This document shows, one piece after another, positions 8,307 to 15,400 of a stretch of 38,655 nucleotides of DNA. The translations under genes were made by a program, and so were the position numbers. This stretch comes from a virus. How positions within the stretch are numbered: position 1 is the first letter of the stretch; every line of letters starts with the position of its first letter. The stretch covers positions 1 through 38,655 of the IMG/VR virus record IMGVR_UViG_3300011145_000002. One strand, 5' to 3'. Under the pieces are notes generated by a model that did not search any database, was not told the origin of the DNA, and was given only the letters and a program-made list of their open reading frames with translations.

Positions 8307-8588
8307 ATGGGAATTTTTCAAATCACCGTACAAGGTGAAGCACCTCAATTATTCGTAGGCTCTGAAGTTGGCGGTGCAAAGATCGTATCGATCAAGGATG
8401 TAAGCCCAAAACTAGTATCAGCTGCTGAACTGGCTCAGTACTACGGTATAAGTGTAGATGCCGTCCGTGACCGCTGTGCAGAGATCAACAAAGGTACTCG
8501 CGGTAAATGCCTTTATGATCCAGAACAGGCAAACTTAATTTTGACTGCCAAACCTGTGACCAAACGTGGTCGCCAACGAAAGAACTAA
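8307..8588 (+). CDS. Small DNA-binding-like protein; possible excisionase, judged by position
   Basis: HTH-like SAAELAQYYGISVDAVRDR and a basic tail KRGRQRKN. It is the last gene of the early-left operon and converges on int. Confidence 0.4.
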   Translation: MGIFQITVQGEAPQLFVGSEVGGAKIVSIKDVSPKLVSAAELAQYYGISVDAVRDRCAEINKGTRGKCLYDPEQANLILTAKPVTKRGRQRKN

Positions 8589-8619
8589 TTAAGGTCCCAT
8601 TTTATGGGACCTTAATTAG
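8585..8619. terminator. Perfect 15-bp stem hairpin between convergent transcription units
   Basis: ctaattaaggtccca-tttta-tgggaccttaattag. There is no long U tract on either side. Confidence 0.5.
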
Positions 8620-8662
8620 TTGAAAGCCATAATTTCATATAGCTTTAGATGGTAAGAAATAG

Positions 8663-8935
8663 CTAAATATCTTTTTTTATAATTTCCCAGTGACCACAAT
8701 CCTTACACAATAAACATGAAGGATTATTCTTTTCTTTTTCAGTTAAGTAATCGAAAACTTTGGATGCTAGAGAGAGCAAAATTCCTAATATATTAAGAAT
8801 ATCCTTATTTGTTAAATTCATTTTTCCAGAAGTTGCTCCAGGCTCTCTCCGTATTCCTTTTTCACTTAATATCTTATCTATCTGATCTAATCTTACGGGT
8901 GTAGTATTCTTGCTATTACATTCCGAACATTGCAT
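8663..8935 (-). CDS. Small zinc-ribbon-like protein with a central hydrophobic helix (90 aa), in an AT-rich moron
   Basis: CSEC near the N-terminus, CKDC near the C-terminus, and a hydrophobic ILNILGILLSLASKVF segment. The ATG at 8935 is preferred over the TTG at 8950. Confidence 0.6.
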   Translation of the reverse strand: MQCSECNSKNTTPVRLDQIDKILSEKGIRREPGATSGKMNLTNKDILNILGILLSLASKVFDYLTEKEKNNPSCLLCKDCGHWEIIKKDI

Positions 8936-8952
8936 GAATAATTGTCTCAATA

Positions 8953-8981
8953 ATTTTATTTTTTAATTATATCCAATTCAA
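8953..8981 (-). promoter_or_regulatory. Sigma70-like promoter for the zinc-ribbon moron
   Basis: The minus strand reads TTGAAT-17 nt-TAAAAT, ending about 18 nt upstream of the ATG. Confidence 0.5.
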
Positions 8982-9035
8982 ACGCACGGCTGTTAAAGTT
9001 ATGCTCTTAACATAGAGAATTACTGGATATTTTGA

Positions 9036-10046
9036 TTAGCGATCCATCATATCCGCAATATCTTCCACATCCGGGTTGTAATAAGTATTCACCAAGACTT
9101 TGATGTTCTTATGCCCTGTCACCTTGGCCAGCACTTCTACCGGTAATTTCTGGTTATTTACAAACCGAGTAATGGCCTCATGGCGCGTATCATGGAAATG
9201 AATATCCGCTAATCCTACTTTTGCCTTGCGACGCTCCCACATTAACCGGAAGGCATTTTCATTTTGTGGAATCAACTTATCCCCTTCATGATCGATTAGA
9301 TCCAGGAGTGCCAGAGCCTTTTTAGTAAGTGGCACATTACGAGCATCACCGTTTTTGGTTTTAGGTAAGTGCACATGCCGATCATAAATTTCCGACATGG
9401 TAATACCGAGAATTTCACCACGGCGCATTGCTGTTTCCAATGCAAAGAGAAAAGCCCATGCAACATAGTGCTCTGGTAATGTCGGTGTCTGCCCTTCACG
9501 ATAATTCAATCCCTCTAAAATGAGCTGAATTTCTTCATCACGAATACGGCGATTACGCGCTTTAGGTTTGGCTGGTTTTTTAATACCCATCCATGGATTG
9601 GTTTCCAATAAGAAAAGTTCTTTGACTGCATAGCTAAAAACCGATGAGTACAGCGCAATTTCTCGCAGCACTGTATTTGCCCCAACCTCTCTTAAGCGTT
9701 TATTACGCCAGGCGGTTAAATGCTTTGGTGTGATGTCATGAATCGACATATCTGCCAGTGCACCAAACTTTTCATCAAACGGCGCTAATTGTTCTTTGAC
9801 GTATTTGGAGCCGCGAAGCTTCCGCCCATGCTCATCATAATATTTATGAAAAAGTGTTTTGAATGGATAGTGCTGTTTTACGCCCAGATCTTCAGAAAGT
9901 TTATTTGCCTTTGCCTCAAGCATCTTTTGCGCAGCCCATTGCTCGCATTCTTTTACGGTATCTCTGGTTGCTGAATATGTTGTTCCAGCAATCATTATTT
10001 TAATTCTGTAGCTTTCACCGCGCTTGACTGCTTTAGGCATTTTCAT
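9036..10046 (-). CDS. int: Tyrosine recombinase / phage integrase
   Basis: Catalytic pattern ETAMRRGEI (Arg), HFHDTRHEA (H-x-x-R), TGHKN and NTYYNP (Tyr). The gene is adjacent to attP. Confidence 0.9.
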   Translation of the reverse strand: MKMPKAVKRGESYRIKIMIAGTTYSATRDTVKECEQWAAQKMLEAKANKLSEDLGVKQHYPFKTLFHKYYDEHGRKLRGSKYVKEQLAPFDEKFGALADMSIHDITPKHLTAWRNKRLREVGANTVLREIALYSSVFSYAVKELFLLETNPWMGIKKPAKPKARNRRIRDEEIQLILEGLNYREGQTPTLPEHYVAWAFLFALETAMRRGEILGITMSEIYDRHVHLPKTKNGDARNVPLTKKALALLDLIDHEGDKLIPQNENAFRLMWERRKAKVGLADIHFHDTRHEAITRFVNNQKLPVEVLAKVTGHKNIKVLVNTYYNPDVEDIADMMDR

Positions 10047-10063
10047 GATCTATAACTCTATAT

Positions 10064-10085
10064 TCTTGGTCTAATCTTGGTCTAA
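10064..10085. repeat. Tandem arm-type integrase binding repeats (P arm)
   Basis: TCTTGGTCTAA at 10064..10074 and 10075..10085. A third exact copy lies at 10315..10325, on the other side of the core. Confidence 0.55.
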
Positions 10086-10221
10086 ATTTAACTGCATTAT
10101 CGGCAAAAAGTAACGATTTTACGGATAGTGCCGCTAAGCGTCGACTTTATTCAAGACAACAAAAAAGGGTTTTAAGCTATTGTTTTCGCTTAAAACCCTT
10201 ATAACATAACGTTTAGAATCT

Positions 10222-10271
10222 TGGTAGGTATAAGCAGACTCGAACTGCTGACCTCTACGATGTCAACGTAG
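10222..10271 (-). tRNA. 3' fragment (anticodon stem to CCA) of a tRNA-Val(GAC); this is the attP core
   Basis: The minus strand reads CTACG-TTGACAT-CGTAG-AGGTC-AGCAG-TTCGAGT-CTGCT-TATACCT-A-CCA. No matching 5' acceptor or D arm lies upstream, so this is a partial gene carried to rebuild the host tRNA after integration. Confidence 0.7.
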
Positions 10272-10314
10272 TATCTTTATAGTAAAAACAATAGGTTGCT
10301 TTAATATGGGACAA

Positions 10315-10325
10315 TCTTGGTCTAA
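10315..10325. repeat. Arm-type repeat (P' arm)
   Basis: An exact TCTTGGTCTAA copy; a degenerate AATCTTGGTAGG also abuts the core at 10217..10228. Confidence 0.5.
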
Positions 10326-10510
10326 ACGTGACTTTATCCACAAGTCTTTGAATCCTTGTGTAAGTTGATTATATCATCTATTTTGAAATAAAAAGAGTGA
10401 GAGATAAAAATGAAAACATGGACCTACTTTTACATAGAGCACACGATAAAGAATGGAAGGATTTTCAGGAAGGAATCTGGGTGGGGTTTGAGGAATTATT
10501 TATTAAAGTA

Positions 10511-10535
10511 AAAAACAAAGCCCTCATTTGAGGGC
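10511..10535 (-). terminator. Intrinsic terminator ending the late operon
   Basis: gccctc-attt-gagggc, followed on the minus strand by TTTGTTTTT. Confidence 0.8.
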
Positions 10536-10541
10536 ATTTAT

Positions 10542-11117
10542 CTATTTTAAGAATAAAGTCCTTTCTGCAGCCCGGCGGTTCACCAGACCTTGCATGCGCT
10601 TGCCACCAGCATTGACCCAAACATTAAATTGATTGGCAGCAGCTTTATAATTTCCTTCATTTAGTTGCCTAACCAAAGTGGAATTTTTGAATGCAGTTGA
10701 TCCAATGTTGTAGGCCAGTGAAACTAAAGCATCGAACTGATTCTGATTGAGTGGAACTTTGACCGTATTATTCACAGTCTGCTCAAACGCTTTCAGATCG
10801 TTCTGCATATAAGCTTTGGCTTGCTCTAATGTGCAGGTATCTCCTTTTTTAACACGTATACCATTCGGATACTTTGTGGTGCCATAACCAATGGTCCATA
10901 CACCCACGCCATCATCGTAGGCATTGAGCCGTAAGCTTTCAAAATTACGGATCAGATCAATACCACTTGGGCTGATGTGCATTTCATCTGTGGCGATACC
11001 CAGCATATCATTCAGGTCATCATAGGCGGTTGCAATTAACTTATCTGCAGCATCAACCTGCTTTTGGGTGAGTTTGCCACCACTGATTTTGCGTAAGAAT
11101 TCAAAAATGTGTTTCAT
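10542..11117 (-). CDS. Endolysin, GH24 (T4-type) lysozyme
   Basis: NFESLRLNAYDDGVGVWTIGYGTT carries the E-D-T catalytic triad pattern. There is no N-terminal hydrophobic segment. Confidence 0.85.
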   Translation of the reverse strand: MKHIFEFLRKISGGKLTQKQVDAADKLIATAYDDLNDMLGIATDEMHISPSGIDLIRNFESLRLNAYDDGVGVWTIGYGTTKYPNGIRVKKGDTCTLEQAKAYMQNDLKAFEQTVNNTVKVPLNQNQFDALVSLAYNIGSTAFKNSTLVRQLNEGNYKAAANQFNVWVNAGGKRMQGLVNRRAAERTLFLK

Positions 11118-11335
11118 TATGAACCACCCTTAACTTTAGGCTGTGCAATCTTACGGCCAATGTAGGCCAGTGCCGGTAAAACAAAAGAAAGCAAAATAGC
11201 ATGGTATTCAGCAGGAATGAGTTGTGTATTGATGCCTTCTTGAATTAAAACAGGAAGAACACCCAATAAAAAAGCTCCGATAATTGGGAGCTTTACAGAT
11301 AAATATTTCCAGACGTTTTCGGGGATGAATTTCAT
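11117..11335 (-). CDS. Holin-like protein (72 aa, two transmembrane helices)
   Basis: Two hydrophobic helices and a charged C-terminus (RKIAQPKVKGGS). TAATG overlap with the endolysin gene. Confidence 0.6.
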   Translation of the reverse strand: MKFIPENVWKYLSVKLPIIGAFLLGVLPVLIQEGINTQLIPAEYHAILLSFVLPALAYIGRKIAQPKVKGGS

Positions 11336-11889
11336 TTTTCCTCTCTCATATTTCGTTCATAAAGCTTGTTGCGGATTTCTTCAACTGTTCTTAAAAGTTG
11401 GTCAGATTGTTTTTCAAGAACTTGGATGGACTGGCTATTTGTCATAGTCTGAGTATTTACCGTGTCGGTCTTGCTCGTTTGAGTATTCCAAGCGACTACA
11501 AATAGGCCAGCTAAGAAAATGCCACCAAAGCGCACAAGACTTGTGGTGTTATCAATCTTGGTTTTGCTCTCACTTAGCACCCTAATCTGCATATCCATTT
11601 CTTTAAACTTCGGATCAATCTCATTTCGGACTTGCTTGATCTCACTTTTAAAGTTTGACTTGGCTCGATCTAAGTCATCTTGCAGATTGTCACGAGTCTG
11701 AGTTAAGTCATTCCGGGTTTGCTGATGTTCTTTATTGAGCTGCTCTAACTGCATATTCATGCGGTCAAGTTTTTGGGGCATTTCAGCTAACTTATCCATG
11801 CTTTTAGATATGTCATTAATCTTGTCTGATATGGCAAGAAGTTGCCCTGCTGTCGCTACTGGTGGATCAGATGAATAGTCATTTGACAT
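11332..11889 (-). CDS. Coiled-coil protein with a single transmembrane helix (185 aa), first gene of the lysis cassette
   Basis: Long heptad-like Q/K/D/E-rich region and a transmembrane segment FGGIFLAGLFVVAW near residue 130. The ATG at 11889 follows GGGGG, and there is an ATGA overlap with the holin gene. Confidence 0.6.
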   Translation of the reverse strand: MSNDYSSDPPVATAGQLLAISDKINDISKSMDKLAEMPQKLDRMNMQLEQLNKEHQQTRNDLTQTRDNLQDDLDRAKSNFKSEIKQVRNEIDPKFKEMDMQIRVLSESKTKIDNTTSLVRFGGIFLAGLFVVAWNTQTSKTDTVNTQTMTNSQSIQVLEKQSDQLLRTVEEIRNKLYERNMREEK

Positions 11890-11912
11890 TGTGCCCCCTA
11901 AATTTTGGTAAT

Positions 11913-11933
11913 AAAAAAGCACCTAAAGGTGCT
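11913..11933 (-). terminator. Intrinsic terminator between the tail and lysis genes
   Basis: agcacc-taaa-ggtgct with a 6-nt U run on the minus strand. Confidence 0.7.
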
Positions 11934-12474
11934 ATAACTGGACTGCTTCAACCTGTTCTTTGGTTTCAGCATCAAAGATGAGTTGTCTAGCAATACGCCC
12001 CCTTTCGTGAACGCTTGCAATGTAGGTTTGTAGTGCTGCATAGAGTTGCTGTAACTGTGATGCGCTTAACTCAACTGTAGTGTTGTCAGCTAAAGTCCAG
12101 ACTTGATCTATGCTCGCAGCAGCCGCGCCCATAATTCGACCTTGAGATACTTGATCAGAATCATAAATACCGCCATCAAATTCAAAACCACCAAACTCAA
12201 GTCGATCACGCTCAGATTTAATCTCAGCCCATCTCTGGGCTTTGATTTCATCCAAGGTGCGCGGATCAATCCAATCCTTTAGATCGTAATTAAATATGTG
12301 GTACGAGGTTGGTTGAGCGGGCATTGCTACCCAGCCATCCTGATAATACATATTTGGTTCAGGAGGGTCTTCAACCGCCATGTAACCTTCAGGAGTGTTT
12401 AGCTCTACCACCTCAATACTACCCTGCACACTAAAGGAAAATTCTCCTGTTTTTATACTTACTATAGCTGTCAT
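11932..12474 (-). CDS. Tail-fibre-associated protein / assembly chaperone-like (DUF4376-like C-terminus)
   Basis: Lies immediately downstream of J and overlaps it. The C-terminal pattern QVWTLADNTTVELSASQLQQLYAAL resembles fibre-adjacent DUF4376 proteins. Confidence 0.45.
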   Translation of the reverse strand: MTAIVSIKTGEFSFSVQGSIEVVELNTPEGYMAVEDPPEPNMYYQDGWVAMPAQPTSYHIFNYDLKDWIDPRTLDEIKAQRWAEIKSERDRLEFGGFEFDGGIYDSDQVSQGRIMGAAAASIDQVWTLADNTTVELSASQLQQLYAALQTYIASVHERGRIARQLIFDAETKEQVEAVQL

Positions 12475-15400
12475 TTTTTAATCTCCAGAGCAGATACGGT
12501 CATTTGCTCAATAGATAAGGTTCCAGCAAATGGTGTTACGGTAATGCTGTTAGAAATACTACCAATATAACCAAAACTAATTTTGCCCGTATAGACCGCA
12601 TTACCAGCCATTGGCGCATCATCAAGCGCCATCAAGGATACGTTTCCAATAAACCCTACGGTTGATCCTGAAAATGTTGTTGGGGGCATGGATGTTCTGC
12701 CAATTAAGGTGCCTCCCCTATAGAGTGAGATAAGCATGCGAATATCTTTTAATACAGACTCTGGTTGGTTGCCGGGACCAATACCCACGTATGTTCCACC
12801 CCACACGCCTCTGTCGATACTTGTGCTTAGGCTTAAATCTATTCGGCACTTCCCCCCTGCCCTTGGTACGGTAATATTAAATAATGCAGGCGTGGCGGCC
12901 TCCCATACTGTAATAGCCCCTTGCAGATTGGTTGGAAATTGCCATGCTCCTGTATTTGGGTCGCGCCAGCCCTGAGCCCCAGCGTAGTCATTCATAGCGT
13001 TCCTAACAGCGTCTGTGCTAATTATTAACGTGTTGTACCTAACTCCCACAGGAACCGTAACAGCATTGTCTTTAATCTTCAGTGTATCGACCTGTAAATC
13101 GCCAATCTTCGCAGTAGTAATAGCTGCATTATCAATCTTTGCAGTCTTAACTGCTAAATCCTCAATATGCGAAGTTTTGACAGACTGATAGTCCATCATT
13201 GCCGATTTCAAGTAAGCGGACACAGGAAACACTGTATTCGTCACCGGATCAGTGAATGGCGTATTGCGGAAAATGAATGGGTAATACGGTGTACTTCCTG
13301 CGCTTGCTGGTCCCGCCAACGCAAACGAGTTAGCACGAATAACAAAGTTACTGTAATTCGTACCTCCGCTTTCCTCAATCGCTAAGCCGTAAGACGAAAT
13401 CACTCCACCAGAATCAAGCTTGATTGTGTGCTGCGCTTTAATCTTGCTTTCAGTCAGAACAAGTGAGTTTAGCTTCGCTTTATCTGCTGTGATTTGTGCA
13501 ACTTGCGAAGAAATAGCGGCTTTCTGTGCATTTGCATCAATTTTTGCAGCATTTAGCTCTGCAATTTGGCTTGTATAAAGATCAATTAATTCCTGATTTT
13601 TATCAGGCTTCGCCGCCTCCTGTGTGCGTTTGCTAGTTATTTCAGCAATTCTTGCATCATAACTATTTACTGCTGAAGTGAGTGCAGCGGCCTGCCCCTG
13701 CAATTTGGTGATGTCCTCATCAAGTCGGGCTTTCGCAATTTCATTCTTGAGTTTGTTTAAATCACCAACAGCACTTACAACATCAATGCTTGTCTGCTGA
13801 CCATCCACATAACCCTGAATCGTCTTGATCTCACCGCCGATTGCATCAAGCTTGTCAGTAAAAACACCCTGCTCAAGCTCAATGGTTGCGATGTTCTCAG
13901 TTGCAGTATCCGCCTTATCAAGCGCTTCGTCTGCTGTGTCTTTCGCAGTCTTTGTGGACGCTTGAAGTGTATCGAACCGACCAGCAAAGGATTCATTGTC
14001 AGTCGCTCGCGCTGTTTCCAGTGTTACGATTGCAGCCCTATTCCCCTCAACATCAACTTTTAGCGTGTTGATGCGAGATGATAGTGCCTCATCCTCCTGC
14101 GCTCTTGCATAAGCCTCAGTCTGAACCAGTGCTTTTGCGTTACTGATTTCAGCAACAGTGGTATCAATGCGCTGACTTAAAGCCATGTCATTTTCAATCA
14201 CTGCTGATTGTAAAGTCCATGTCCCCGCAAGACCTGTTGACCCAATAAAACTCTCTGTCGAGCCGATCAGCTCTGGGTACACTTGCGCATACACACCGTC
14301 AAGACGAGTGGTGTTTGCCTTAACCTTGTCGTCAACTTCAGCAATACTAGCGTTGGTTTGAGTCAATGCTCCCGTGCTGGCTTTGGTTCCAAGTTCAGCA
14401 GTAATTTCCTCAATCTTATCTGCATTCGCGTCTGACTTTGATGCTGAAGCGGTTGCTTTTTCGAGCGCACTTGCTGCCCCCGCTGCTGCTATGTCTGCTG
14501 TATCTGCTGATTGCTCCGCAACTGCTTTAACTTCAGTCACAAGACTTGATAATGCACTTGTGTCATCAACTGCAATTTCGGCTTTCTGTAAAGCACTTGC
14601 TGAGTTAAACAAGGCATTGCCAGCTTTATCTTCTGCGGCTTTCACTCGGCCATCTAACGCTTGAGTTCTTTCAATCGCCAAAGATGAGTCCGTTAATGCA
14701 ACATCTAGACTATCCTGAAAACTAGCAAGCGCATTATTATTACTGAGCTTGTAAGTGTTCACATAGTCATAGATTGCAGTTTCGCCATTTTTACGATCCA
14801 AAACTTCTTGCGTTAAACCATCGTCTAAGTCTTGAATTGCTGTAACTCGTTGCTGACGCTCCAAAGCAAGCTCATCGCTGATTTGATCTGCCTGAGTTTG
14901 AACAGCACTAATATTTTCAATCAAATTACCAACATCACCATCAAGACCCGCAATTGTGTCGATCTTATCAATCTTGGTTTGCAGGTTTTGGTGTAATTGC
15001 GACTCAGTGATTTTGCCCAACAAAATATCAAGTACCGCGCTTGCGTCTGCTGACGTTGTAGCACTGACCCAATTTGACCACGGACCAATATTCCCAATAC
15101 GATCAATCAAGCGACCACGAAAATAACGAGTCAGGTTTGGCTGCATTCCCTGAATATCATGCGTTGTTGTCGGATATGCAAACAAGCCAAGCGGCGCAGC
15201 ATTGGCACCATTTGACGTGGTTGCAATCTGGATTTCAGTGTGAGCTGTGTCGAGCGCTCCGACCGCAGGGAAAGACCAGTTCAGGCGATAACCAAACAAG
15301 ATCCCAGTCGCTGTAATATTTGCCAAAGCAGGCGGCAATCCTTGCTTGCCTGACAACGTAGTCAGCATGGAATATGTTGGTAGTGACGCAACATCAAACG

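Noticed and set aside
10222-10300. A complete tRNA gene next to the integrase
   Set aside because: Only the anticodon arm through CCA is present. The upstream sequence (GTTTTTACTATAAAGATA) cannot form the D arm or pair with the 3' acceptor strand TATACCT. It is treated as the attP core fragment.
10410-10511. A 33-aa plus-strand ORF (MKTWTYFYIEHTIKNGRIFRKESGWGLRNYLLK) between attP and the lysis terminator, with a possible TTGAAT-16-TATATC promoter
   Set aside because: It is too short and too weakly supported to call. It could equally be non-coding att-arm DNA. I mention it only because prophage-end cargo often sits here.
14374-14664. Plus-strand ORFs inside the J gene (also 12736..12975, 13167..13385, 15763..16068, 16143..16400 and others)
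   Set aside because: These are antisense shadows of a long, compositionally biased gene. They have no RBS or coupling and give low-complexity translations.
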